Below are positions 48,869 to 59,110 of a DNA stretch of 64,000 nt, piece after piece (position 1 is the stretch's first letter; every line of letters begins with the position of its first letter). Under the pieces are notes generated by a model. It did no database searches and was not told the origin of the DNA. It worked only from the letters and a program-made list of their open reading frames with translations. The DNA lies in the IMG/VR virus record IMGVR_UViG_3300031993_000008, positions 128,001 through 192,000 of that record; one strand, 5' to 3'. Made by a program: the position numbers and the translations under genes. This DNA comes from a virus (taxonomy: Duplodnaviria > Caudoviricetes).

Positions 48869-51800
48869 ATGAGAATCAAAAAGAAAGATGGAACAATACA
48901 ACCATTCATAACTGGAAAGGATGTTGTTATAACCAAAGAATCATTAAATGAGAATAAAGAAGTTACAGTTGATGATGTTTTGGATGAACATAAAAAGGAA
49001 ATAGATAAACTTAAAAGTAATGTAAAGTATATCTATGCCTATGGAGGTGTTGGAGGTAATGGTCATGGAGGTTCTGGTGGTGGATCCACTGGAAACCCCA
49101 CACTTTTTGTTTCTCTTGGAGGTCATCAGATACAGAGTGGTAGTGATAATATTATTATATTTGGTAAACCTGGTGAATATGTTTTTGAGGGTAGTTTGAG
49201 TAATGCCGGCGGTGAAATCTTTTATGTTTATGTCGGATATGGAAAGAACATCAAAAACCCAAAACAGATTACATTAGATAAGGAAAATAGGTGGATAATC
49301 AAATCAGAAACCTATAACCTGAAGGAAAATGGACAGATTACTGTAACACTCAAAGATGTGGAGGGTAGAACTCTTTCCACAGTTACACAGACATATGTTG
49401 TGAATGCACACAGTTTTGATGCAAAGTTCAAGTATGTGTTTGAGGATAGGGAGATTGAATTTTCTCCTTATGAGTATTTTATGGGTAATTATAACCAGAG
49501 AAATCCATTTATAGACATAACATTCAGTATCAACATACCTAATGTTCAGAATGTTATAGTGTCTTATAATATCAAGGGTGTTGATGGAGAGAGTGATATA
49601 CAGTATTCCGATTCAATGGGAGACATAACAACCGGTAAGGGTACTGTATCATATGGTCAGATAACCAACAGTAACTTGAGGATTTATCTTGATAATCTTA
49701 AAAGGAATGATATTCCATTCATTCATGAAAACAATACAGGTTCATATGATGTTACAATAACTCTGAATTACAGCGTTAGTGGTAGCCCTGCTGACCCAAC
49801 ACAGGTAACATTTAAGATAACATTGATTCCTAATCTTCTGTATATAAATGTAAGGAACAGTCATAATATCCTTTATGATAGTCTTGAAGAACTGAAAGAT
49901 GATTTGAGTCAGCTTGTTGAGGACCAGGATTTTGCCAAGGGTATTCCTGTTGGTTCAAACACTTCATTTTATTGTAAGGTATATGAACAGGCAATATCAT
50001 CAAATAAAAAGATATATAATATCACATTCAATGCATATGATGAAAATAAATCATCAGAAGAGACAGAGGATGATTTTGAGGATGATCCACATTATACCAT
50101 ATATAAAACAGCAGAGGAACAGGTTGAAACACCACAACCAATAAACATTTCTTTTGATAGTACTGGTATTAAGAAGTTACAGTTCATAACAACTGGTAAA
50201 AAAGATACTTCTGCTGTTTGTACAATTACAAAATACATATATGTTAAACCTAATAAAAACAAGATAGATTGGTATCCTTCTTGTTTGGTAGGTATAAATC
50301 AAGACTCATATTTTAGGGCAAATCAGGGTGAAGATACATATAAGGATTTTCCGGAGTTACCTGTTTCTAACAACCTTCCACTTGTGATGAGTGAAACAAG
50401 TACACCATTGTCTCTCACACATACAACATGGTCACATCCAACCCAGGGTTTTGATACAACCATATTGTCATTTGGTATACAGTATGGTGCTGTAAATAAT
50501 GAACATGCAGAGGTAATCAAGTTGTATAATAATAATGATCTTATTATCAATTTGCGTTCAGATACATTATTTTCAGAAGACAGTAAGAAAATTCTCCTTC
50601 CTCTTGAGAGGGATTTGAATTCATCAGACAGTTCAAAATATCATCTGGTTCAGATTGTAAGATACAGGATAGGTACAGATACAGGTGAGACAGGTACTGG
50701 TGGTTATTTGTATGGAACATATTTGTATATAGATGGAAGACTTGAATCTGATGATCCTTCAGGTACTCTTACTAACTCATTGTATATAGACAAAATTGTA
50801 CTTAATAATGTAAATGCCATTTATAACCTTATAAGTGTTCAGTATTTGAAACTGGATGAACCATTAAATGTTAAAAATATTTCACATACAGGTGAAAATA
50901 ACACAATTGATGGTATTATTTATCAGTATTATTTGGCATATAAGAGTATAATGAATGTTGGAGAAGTAACAGATTCAGAACTGAAACTGTTGGACAACAT
51001 ATCAGAAATAAAGTTTGATGGTACAAATGTTGTTGTAGATTATAACTATCTTACAAATGTTTCACAGTTTATGCCTATTCCAACTATGATGATGTCATAT
51101 GGTAATAAAGATGATACTGGTGGAAATACAATTAGTGAACAGGAAGTAAGAGATTTTTGCAATAAACTGTTTAGAGGTTATCAGAGTGGAAATACTAATA
51201 TATTTGGTGACCAAGAAATATCCCTTTATTGGTGTGAAGGAATAAAGAATGGTACATCATCAAGTACTATTTCTAAAATCAATATTCCAACATTTAATGA
51301 TGATGGATATGTATATGATGGTACCTGGCATGTTAAACTGCAGGGTACATCAACAATGAAGAACAGAATCAAGAACTTCTCTCTTTATATAAAGAAGAGA
51401 AACAGTGATTTGCAAAAATCAATATTGGTATCTCCTAATTATAATTCAGAAGATGAACATTCATTCTTACCTGAAAATGAATGGACATTGAAGGCAGATA
51501 TCGCTGACTCTGCACATGCCAACAATACAGCTGTAGGTAAGTTTGTGAATTATACATCTACACCTTTTTCTAATAATTTACCATTACCTACCAATGTTAG
51601 GAGATTTGTTAAGAATACTCTTGAAGGTTTTCCTGTATTGATGTATTTCCGTGTTGGAGATGAAATATATTACTTGGGTGTATATAACTTCAATATGGGT
51701 CGTCAGTCATATTATAATCTTGGTTATCATTCTGCTGATGATATGTTGGATATGATAAACCATATTCCTGAACACTCAAGTTCATCATTTACATTCTCTC

Positions 51801-54800
51801 TTGGTAATGGTACACCTGTGGATAATTTGATGATTGCTGAAATTCAGGAAAACTGGCCTGACTTTGATTTCCATCAGTATGATGATTCTGTATTGTTCCA
51901 GGATAGTGGTACACCAAGGACAATGTTTGGTAACCCAGAGGAAAAAATGACATATACAAATATTGACAATGCCAAAAGAACATTGAGGGAGTTTGTCAAA
52001 TCTGTTGCAAAGGCAGGAGCATATTGCTTTGCTAATATAGGAAAAATACCTGTATCTAGTTATGGAGAAGGTGGATACTGTTTAAATAAATATAATGCTA
52101 CTGACAATCCAGATGGAACTATTACAGAAACAGTTCCTGATTTGAGTTATCAGTTCTATTATGATCAGAATAATAAGAGGGTATATAGAGAACAGGATCC
52201 GCAGACCACATTTGATGTCATTAAAAGGGATCGTAATAATTTGTTGAAGTGTATTTATACCCTTGAGGATGATGATGTAACTGAAAATCATCCATATCTT
52301 AATTTCACATCCGTATCAGAATATTATACCATTTGTATGGCATGTGGTCTTATTGACTCAATCTTGAAGAATATGAACATCAAGTCCTGGGATGGTACAA
52401 CCTGTTTTACAGCATTCTATGATATGGACTGTGCATTTGGTGAAGATAATATTGGTCGTGAAAATGTATCATACCTGGCAGCAACTGACTATTGGTATTC
52501 TCCAGTGAGTGATGCTGGATATGTAGAACCTATTAAAAAGAAGTTTGACTATTGGGATCAGAATGTTGGAAAGGGATATGACTTTACATCAAGTTATCTC
52601 TTTGCAATTGCCAAATATGCCCAGGTAATCCTTAATGTTGAAAAACCTGATTTGGTATTGTTCAATTACCCACAACAGTTTTGGGCCAAATTGAGGAATG
52701 GTGAGACTGGTGAGTTGAGAAATGCTGATTATTTTATGAAGAATTATTTTTCTTCAGGAGTTACAGTTATCCCATCATATCTTGCATCATTGAACTATCA
52801 GGTCAAATATCTGTATTATGGAAGTGTAATTGATGAGACAGGTAGGGAAACAGAAAGTAGATACCTTGCGAATGAAAGTGCATTTAATGGTACCCGTTAT
52901 GAAAAGGTTAGGGAGTGGTTGAATAGAAGACTTCACTTCCTGGACTTTATGTTTAATGTACAGGGTATTGAAATTCCTATAGGTACAACATCATATAAGA
53001 TACCTACTGCAACCATAGATGTGATAGGTGATTTGAACCAAAACAATGATATTGTCATACTTAAAGATGCATTTTCAACAGATATGTATAATGGTGCCAT
53101 CATAGGTAGTGATGGTGATTTTATTGGTATTGAGGCACCTCTCAATACCCCAATTGTTGTACTTAGAGGTAAGTCTAAAGATATGTATCTTTTCACTGCC
53201 GGTATTAATAGACAGAACAATTTCAGAGTCATAGCAACACCTTCAGAAACATATAGAATCCTTGGATCTACTGAATTTGTAAATATGACTTATGTTGAAC
53301 CGGTATTGACAGAAGCATATAAGATTGAATCTGACAATTTGAGAGAAATTATATATGGTGGTAGAACAATTCAGGTAGAACATAAACTTGATATAATATC
53401 ATCTTCTGTTAAGAACATAAAGTTGAACATACCAACATGGAGTGGTCAGTTGGTAATTTCCACTGGTACCAGGTATGGTCAGGCATTACAGAGATTGGAT
53501 ATCAGTGATTCTGGTTTCTTTGGCATATGGACTGATTTAAAGAACTTGAAGTATCTTAATATATCTTCAGTTACCAACAGTACCGGTACAATAAGAATAT
53601 CAGGATGTCCTCTTTCAGGTGAGAATTGTTCTATTTCCGGAACATCAGACAAGCCAACCAAATTACTTGAATTGATAATGAATGATGTTAATGGTAGATT
53701 CACACTCAACAATACCAACATAAAGACTATTGATATATCAGCCACCCAGAATGAGGATGCTGAATTTGAAATCAATGGTGATACTGAATTGAGGAGTTTG
53801 TCACTTACTGGATTCAAGAGTATTGTAATCAAAGGTTGTCCAAGATTGGAAAAACTTATAATTTCTGAACATCCAGGTACAGATGTTTGTGAAAAGATTA
53901 TCATAGAGATACCCGAATACAATCCTATTGATGGTTCAACAATTACTGGTCTGACAAATTTCAATGATGATATAAGTGGTAGGTTTGATTTTACAAAGTA
54001 TTCTAAACTTAAAACACTTGGTCTATCTGGTTGTAAGACTGTTGAGGTAATTAAAATACCTAACCATACAGTAGAAATAGAGACATTTAAGGAAAATAGT
54101 AATCTTGAATTTATTGATACTATTGGATTTTATTCTTGTATTATGCTTACAAAGGATTCAACATTCTATAAATGTCCTCGATATAATATGAAACAAAGTT
54201 GGGCTGTAAATCCTGATGGTTCATCTAATGGTAAAAATATCAAACCCAATGAGAGTAATAGTATTCCTAGGTCTCTTGATGGTAAGGGTTATTCTTGTAC
54301 TATAAGAACCAAGATGTGTATAAAACCATTGGAAGAAAATGGTATAGGATGTGTATCATTAGCCAACACATTCTACAAACAGAATAAAGATGAGGGATCA
54401 AAATATCCAAATAAGAATACTTCATATACCAATGAATGGGGACAGTTGGTATATAATCCTGGTATGACTATGGATGATGCTGCATGGTTTATAAATAAGG
54501 TTGTTGAAGGCCAAAAGCTTGATGATGCATACATAAAAGATGATGGTACCATTGTAGATACTCAAAGAGCAGAAGATGAAAGAATATATGGTGAGGATTG
54601 TAGTAAAAATATAATATCATTACAGGGTTGTTTTGCTCAAAGAGGTTCAATAACATATAGGGGTACTCCAGGATTCACTGTTCCAAATTTGTCAAAATAT
54701 GAAAATTTGAACAACATTGCTTCAATGTATCTCAACACTGGAGTTGATTTCATATCATCAGAACTTCTCAGTTTGTATGATGGTAATAATGACAATACAG

Positions 54801-57508
54801 AAGGACATAAATTGACTTGGAATGATTTTACAAGAACTGATAAAATATATTCAGATGCACTTAAACACATTTCATATAGAATATCTGAATTGACTTCAAA
54901 TTATACAGTTTATAATCCAAGTGATAATAGTACTCCTATTTATAGTGGTGATGGAGAATTGGATGGACATGGGGGAATACTCAGATTCAATGTTGTTGAT
55001 TTGTTATGTCCAAGAGAGGGTGAATTGTTTACAAGAATCGCCTCAATCAATTATTTCTCAATTAATTCTGAACAATGGGTTGATTATAGTCATTTGTTTG
55101 AGTACTGTCCAAATGTTCAAAACATAAATGGATTCTTGAATGGTATTGATCTTTCAAGAGCAAAGATTGATGGAATATTGAAAACATGTAAAAACTTAAG
55201 GAGTGTTTCAGATTCATTTAATCATTCCGGAAATATTGATGAGTTGGATTCAGTTGATTTGTATGATTTCTTTAATTGGGCTGATATTAACAGTGAAGAA
55301 AATCTGTTTGGCATTACAAAGTTGTTCTCAACAGAAAATTCCATATCCAAAGATATGCCTGGTTTTGCAATCAAAAAACACATAACCCAGGAAAACTTTG
55401 CCAAGATTATAGGAACACTCCATAAGTATACAAATATTGAGAAACTTTCAAACATATTCAGTTATTGTACAATTAAGAATTATTCAAATTATGAGATTAA
55501 ATTAAGTGGAGATTTGGATAATGTTAAAAATCTAAACTTTTTATTCTATAATTGTAAGAGTGAAAATGGAAATCCATTGAAGATAAGGAGGTCATTCTTT
55601 GAACATCTTAAAAATGTGACAACACTTGTAAACACATTTAATGGTGTTGTGTTTGACCATATGCCTTCATATGATTTCTTCTGTAAGAGAAAACCAAAAA
55701 CAGAAAATGTATATGTCAAGGTTGAAGGAGTTATTCCGCAAAATCCTAATGCAGTTCTACACACATATGAATATACAACAGATCAGACTGATTTGTATGG
55801 ATGTTTTATGAATGCAAAGTTTTATAACTGCAAAACATGGTTTGACCTTTATGATAATTTTGGAGATATAAATAATCCTGATTATAAAAATGTATCTTTG
55901 AAACAACCAAAGGATCACATTAAAGATATCAATAATACTGATGTTTTTGATAATGTGGATACATATTACAAATATTCAGGAGGTAACTATATTGAGTATA
56001 AGATTAAAGAACCTTATGCATATACAGATATACTTAACAATATTACCAATTATGTTGATTCTATAACCATTTCTGGTGAAACAATCAACAACCATAACAT
56101 ATTTGGTGCACAAGATAGTGACTTTTCAAATTATGCCACATCTGGTTTTGGTTTACCATATTATGATGCAACAGGATATAATCATTTAAACATATATCCT
56201 ACATATTGTTGTTTGCCTCCTGACATTTTATATGGTTGTTATTATACTTGTAATTTGCAGAATGTTTTTGCAGATACAAATATTGTTGGTGTATTACCTC
56301 AACATTTGTTGGGAGATAATCGTTATGGTAGCATACTCAATAATATATTCAGGAATGTTAACATACTTCCTAATTTGGTTTATCATTGTGATAACAGAAC
56401 TTCTGAATATTCTCAGGAATATATCAATATTCTCAATGGTAATTTGGGAGATAAGAGTTATCTGATTAGTGAGGGTGGTATTCCTGTTGACAATGATACT
56501 ATCAATCCACAAGGAGAAACAAATGTTTATACTCTTCTTGGTAGTAGTAATGCTGATGCAATAGTATTATTCAGAGATAGTAATGGTGAATTGAAACGTA
56601 GGTATCATATAGATAATGAACACACTGCAACTGCTAATGGAGATTATAGTAAGAGTCAGTTTGCTTATGTCCCTCAAGGATTTACCAAAAATAAAATTCT
56701 GGATAATGCATTTACATTCAGATATAATCTTCCAAGACAAACTGATTTGTCAAGTCAGCAAATAATGTATGAAACCGGAATACAGTGGACTGCAGGAAAT
56801 TATAGTAATGAGCATAATCCCGAAAGTCATCCAGAAAAATGGCCATATTACATACAATATTTCTTCACTATGGATGAGAGTGTGTCTTGGAGTGATGTAA
56901 CTTCAATGACATCACCATTCATACTTGATGAAATGGATGTTGATTATAAAACTGGTGAAGTGAGGATTTTCTCAACAGTTGATGGTAATTATAAGAACAA
57001 ATGGTGGTGGAGACCTGAAAATGTAGGTATTGGAAGGTGGCAGGATGTAACCGGAGGAAAATTCAATGTATTCTTGGATATTTGTGGTACAAGAGATAAA
57101 AGAACAGGTTTACTTAAAGATTGTGGAGCTATGATAAGTAAATCAATTGATGCAAATAACACCTCAATAGGTTTGGATATGTTTGTTTCAGGTCCATTGG
57201 TTGTATTCTTGAATGGAAGGGTATTTGATACCGCTCTTGATGCTATTAGATTAACAAGATTGAATGGTTCAAGTATTATAAATTACAGTATGGGATTTGG
57301 TAGAAACATCATATTTCCAAGACTTGGAACAATTCCATATAGTGATATAAGTATGATTCCAAAAGTTTTGTTGTCTTTCCCAACAACATCAGATATGGTG
57401 AGATTTTATAGTTATATGTTCCCAACAGATTCACTTTCAAGGTATGATTTGATATATAATATTTCAAATAGTATTGATAGTTCAACACCTAAGTTTATAG
57501 TTATTTAA
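48869..57508 (+). CDS. 2879-aa protein with LamG-like domain, CotH-like kinase domain and leucine-rich repeats
   Basis: YHLVQIVR...YIDG; KLQGTST..KNF, WTLKAD, GFP, YLGVYNFN, DSILKN, FYDMD; LxxLxLxG and LxxxFxxC repeats. Confidence 0.7.
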   Translation: MRIKKKDGTIQPFITGKDVVITKESLNENKEVTVDDVLDEHKKEIDKLKSNVKYIYAYGGVGGNGHGGSGGGSTGNPTLFVSLGGHQIQSGSDNIIIFGKPGEYVFEGSLSNAGGEIFYVYVGYGKNIKNPKQITLDKENRWIIKSETYNLKENGQITVTLKDVEGRTLSTVTQTYVVNAHSFDAKFKYVFEDREIEFSPYEYFMGNYNQRNPFIDITFSINIPNVQNVIVSYNIKGVDGESDIQYSDSMGDITTGKGTVSYGQITNSNLRIYLDNLKRNDIPFIHENNTGSYDVTITLNYSVSGSPADPTQVTFKITLIPNLLYINVRNSHNILYDSLEELKDDLSQLVEDQDFAKGIPVGSNTSFYCKVYEQAISSNKKIYNITFNAYDENKSSEETEDDFEDDPHYTIYKTAEEQVETPQPINISFDSTGIKKLQFITTGKKDTSAVCTITKYIYVKPNKNKIDWYPSCLVGINQDSYFRANQGEDTYKDFPELPVSNNLPLVMSETSTPLSLTHTTWSHPTQGFDTTILSFGIQYGAVNNEHAEVIKLYNNNDLIINLRSDTLFSEDSKKILLPLERDLNSSDSSKYHLVQIVRYRIGTDTGETGTGGYLYGTYLYIDGRLESDDPSGTLTNSLYIDKIVLNNVNAIYNLISVQYLKLDEPLNVKNISHTGENNTIDGIIYQYYLAYKSIMNVGEVTDSELKLLDNISEIKFDGTNVVVDYNYLTNVSQFMPIPTMMMSYGNKDDTGGNTISEQEVRDFCNKLFRGYQSGNTNIFGDQEISLYWCEGIKNGTSSSTISKINIPTFNDDGYVYDGTWHVKLQGTSTMKNRIKNFSLYIKKRNSDLQKSILVSPNYNSEDEHSFLPENEWTLKADIADSAHANNTAVGKFVNYTSTPFSNNLPLPTNVRRFVKNTLEGFPVLMYFRVGDEIYYLGVYNFNMGRQSYYNLGYHSADDMLDMINHIPEHSSSSFTFSLGNGTPVDNLMIAEIQENWPDFDFHQYDDSVLFQDSGTPRTMFGNPEEKMTYTNIDNAKRTLREFVKSVAKAGAYCFANIGKIPVSSYGEGGYCLNKYNATDNPDGTITETVPDLSYQFYYDQNNKRVYREQDPQTTFDVIKRDRNNLLKCIYTLEDDDVTENHPYLNFTSVSEYYTICMACGLIDSILKNMNIKSWDGTTCFTAFYDMDCAFGEDNIGRENVSYLAATDYWYSPVSDAGYVEPIKKKFDYWDQNVGKGYDFTSSYLFAIAKYAQVILNVEKPDLVLFNYPQQFWAKLRNGETGELRNADYFMKNYFSSGVTVIPSYLASLNYQVKYLYYGSVIDETGRETESRYLANESAFNGTRYEKVREWLNRRLHFLDFMFNVQGIEIPIGTTSYKIPTATIDVIGDLNQNNDIVILKDAFSTDMYNGAIIGSDGDFIGIEAPLNTPIVVLRGKSKDMYLFTAGINRQNNFRVIATPSETYRILGSTEFVNMTYVEPVLTEAYKIESDNLREIIYGGRTIQVEHKLDIISSSVKNIKLNIPTWSGQLVISTGTRYGQALQRLDISDSGFFGIWTDLKNLKYLNISSVTNSTGTIRISGCPLSGENCSISGTSDKPTKLLELIMNDVNGRFTLNNTNIKTIDISATQNEDAEFEINGDTELRSLSLTGFKSIVIKGCPRLEKLIISEHPGTDVCEKIIIEIPEYNPIDGSTITGLTNFNDDISGRFDFTKYSKLKTLGLSGCKTVEVIKIPNHTVEIETFKENSNLEFIDTIGFYSCIMLTKDSTFYKCPRYNMKQSWAVNPDGSSNGKNIKPNESNSIPRSLDGKGYSCTIRTKMCIKPLEENGIGCVSLANTFYKQNKDEGSKYPNKNTSYTNEWGQLVYNPGMTMDDAAWFINKVVEGQKLDDAYIKDDGTIVDTQRAEDERIYGEDCSKNIISLQGCFAQRGSITYRGTPGFTVPNLSKYENLNNIASMYLNTGVDFISSELLSLYDGNNDNTEGHKLTWNDFTRTDKIYSDALKHISYRISELTSNYTVYNPSDNSTPIYSGDGELDGHGGILRFNVVDLLCPREGELFTRIASINYFSINSEQWVDYSHLFEYCPNVQNINGFLNGIDLSRAKIDGILKTCKNLRSVSDSFNHSGNIDELDSVDLYDFFNWADINSEENLFGITKLFSTENSISKDMPGFAIKKHITQENFAKIIGTLHKYTNIEKLSNIFSYCTIKNYSNYEIKLSGDLDNVKNLNFLFYNCKSENGNPLKIRRSFFEHLKNVTTLVNTFNGVVFDHMPSYDFFCKRKPKTENVYVKVEGVIPQNPNAVLHTYEYTTDQTDLYGCFMNAKFYNCKTWFDLYDNFGDINNPDYKNVSLKQPKDHIKDINNTDVFDNVDTYYKYSGGNYIEYKIKEPYAYTDILNNITNYVDSITISGETINNHNIFGAQDSDFSNYATSGFGLPYYDATGYNHLNIYPTYCCLPPDILYGCYYTCNLQNVFADTNIVGVLPQHLLGDNRYGSILNNIFRNVNILPNLVYHCDNRTSEYSQEYINILNGNLGDKSYLISEGGIPVDNDTINPQGETNVYTLLGSSNADAIVLFRDSNGELKRRYHIDNEHTATANGDYSKSQFAYVPQGFTKNKILDNAFTFRYNLPRQTDLSSQQIMYETGIQWTAGNYSNEHNPESHPEKWPYYIQYFFTMDESVSWSDVTSMTSPFILDEMDVDYKTGEVRIFSTVDGNYKNKWWWRPENVGIGRWQDVTGGKFNVFLDICGTRDKRTGLLKDCGAMISKSIDANNTSIGLDMFVSGPLVVFLNGRVFDTALDAIRLTRLNGSSIINYSMGFGRNIIFPRLGTIPYSDISMIPKVLLSFPTTSDMVRFYSYMFPTDSLSRYDLIYNISNSIDSSTPKFIVI

Positions 57509-57511
57509 CAG

Positions 57512-57542
57512 AAAACCCAGGAGCCAATCTCCTGGGTTTTTT
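57512..57542. terminator. Bidirectional terminator
   Basis: AAAACCCAGGAG-ccaat-CTCCTGGGTTTT between convergent genes. Confidence 0.85.
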
Positions 57543-59034
57543 ACATCTTCAGTTTCTTCACTTCATAAGGGAATCCCTGACTTTCATATATCTTTATTCT
57601 TTCCCTGGCATGTGCCATCTCATAACATCCGGAATAAATGTCATCAGAGATGTCATATATGTTGACGAAATCCTTGTTTATGTTCTCATTCTTTCTCAAT
57701 CCTCTACCTATACTCTGGAGGACCGTTGAGATTGACTTGTAACTGCTGACAAAGAATATGTTGAATATCTTGTCAATACTGATACCCATTGATGATGTAC
57801 CGAAACTGGCAATAAGTATGACATCATCCTTTATCTCCATTCTCTTTCTTATCTCCTCACGGACTTTCTTGTCAATGTCACCATCAATATAGTATATCAT
57901 CTTGGTGGTGTTTTCCTTCATCCACTTGAAGAGTTTCTTACCATAGTCCTTATCCTTGAAGAGAACCATTGTGTTCTGCTTGGTGTTTGCGATGAGTTTC
58001 GTAATTATATAGAACCTCTTTTCACTTTCATTGACAAACTTGTTTTCAAGCTGAAACATATCCTTACCCTTACCTGCTTTCACAAGATTCTTCTTTGCAC
58101 CCTTGAATGCCTCTTTCTGTTTATCTGATGTGTAATCAAGTCTTACCTGGTGAATCTTACAGTTGGAAATATAACCTTCTTCCTGGAGTTGTTTTGCAGT
58201 GATGTTGACCATAATGGGTCCGAAGTTGGAGATGAGTGTAAGACCATCAGCATACTTTGTTGCCGGGATGGTACCTGACAGACCAATCCTGTATGGAAAC
58301 TTACACATATCCATAATCTTGATCTGTGATGCACAGCAGGCCTTGTGTACCTCATCTGTGAGAACTACATCAAACTGGTTGAAGAATGAAGCACATTCTT
58401 CACGGAGAGACTGATATGTTCCTATATAGATGTTGGCATTTGGTGTTGCCTTGCATCCGGAGAATATCTGCTGAATCTTGATGTCCAGTTTTCCATTGTT
58501 GTATTCTGTGAAGTCTGCTGTTGGTTGGAGTACAAGATCCACACTCGGTACAACCATCATTATCTTCTTTATATTCCTGTGTGTGAGAAGCCAGGCAAAT
58601 ATCATAAAGGCTATAAATGTCTTACCGGCAGATGTGGCAAGTTGAAGCATACATCTCCTGTACTTCAGTCCCTTATATGCAGAATCAATCTGGTAATATC
58701 TGGGTTTCTTCTTTGCATCCTTGAAGAAATCATCACACCATTCCTTGAACTCATCATAATCAATGTCATTGTCAAAGAGGGTGTCAAGACCTTCAATCTC
58801 ACAAGAGAACCCAAACTGTTCACATATACTGAAAAGGTAATTGTATGAAGTGGCAGGAAGATACTTACCCCTCATAAAATTAATCTTACCATCCCAGCTT
58901 CCAGCCTTGAACTGCGGAGACCATCTGGCATTCTTGACATCTTTGTTAAAGGAGATGCACAACTGGTCATATTCCAGCTGTGTACACTCATCAATTACAA
59001 GATATTCTTTTGTGTCATCTATGTGTAACTTCAT
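57541..59034 (-). CDS. uvsW: T4 UvsW-like SF2 DNA helicase
   Basis: WDGKINF, PRYYQ, LATSAGKT, TDEVH, GLSGT, QSIGRGLR, YDISDD. Confidence 0.9.
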   Translation of the reverse strand: MKLHIDDTKEYLVIDECTQLEYDQLCISFNKDVKNARWSPQFKAGSWDGKINFMRGKYLPATSYNYLFSICEQFGFSCEIEGLDTLFDNDIDYDEFKEWCDDFFKDAKKKPRYYQIDSAYKGLKYRRCMLQLATSAGKTFIAFMIFAWLLTHRNIKKIMMVVPSVDLVLQPTADFTEYNNGKLDIKIQQIFSGCKATPNANIYIGTYQSLREECASFFNQFDVVLTDEVHKACCASQIKIMDMCKFPYRIGLSGTIPATKYADGLTLISNFGPIMVNITAKQLQEEGYISNCKIHQVRLDYTSDKQKEAFKGAKKNLVKAGKGKDMFQLENKFVNESEKRFYIITKLIANTKQNTMVLFKDKDYGKKLFKWMKENTTKMIYYIDGDIDKKVREEIRKRMEIKDDVILIASFGTSSMGISIDKIFNIFFVSSYKSISTVLQSIGRGLRKNENINKDFVNIYDISDDIYSGCYEMAHARERIKIYESQGFPYEVKKLKM

Positions 59035-59051
59035 AGGCAAATTCTTAATCT

Positions 59052-59063
59052 AAATATAACAAA
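59052..59063 (-). promoter_or_regulatory. Putative middle promoter TTTGTTATATTT
   Basis: Recurrent 12-mer. Confidence 0.55.
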
Positions 59064-59110
59064 AAAGGTAAAATGTACTTGTTCAGAAGACATTCTACCC
59101 ATCATTGTAT

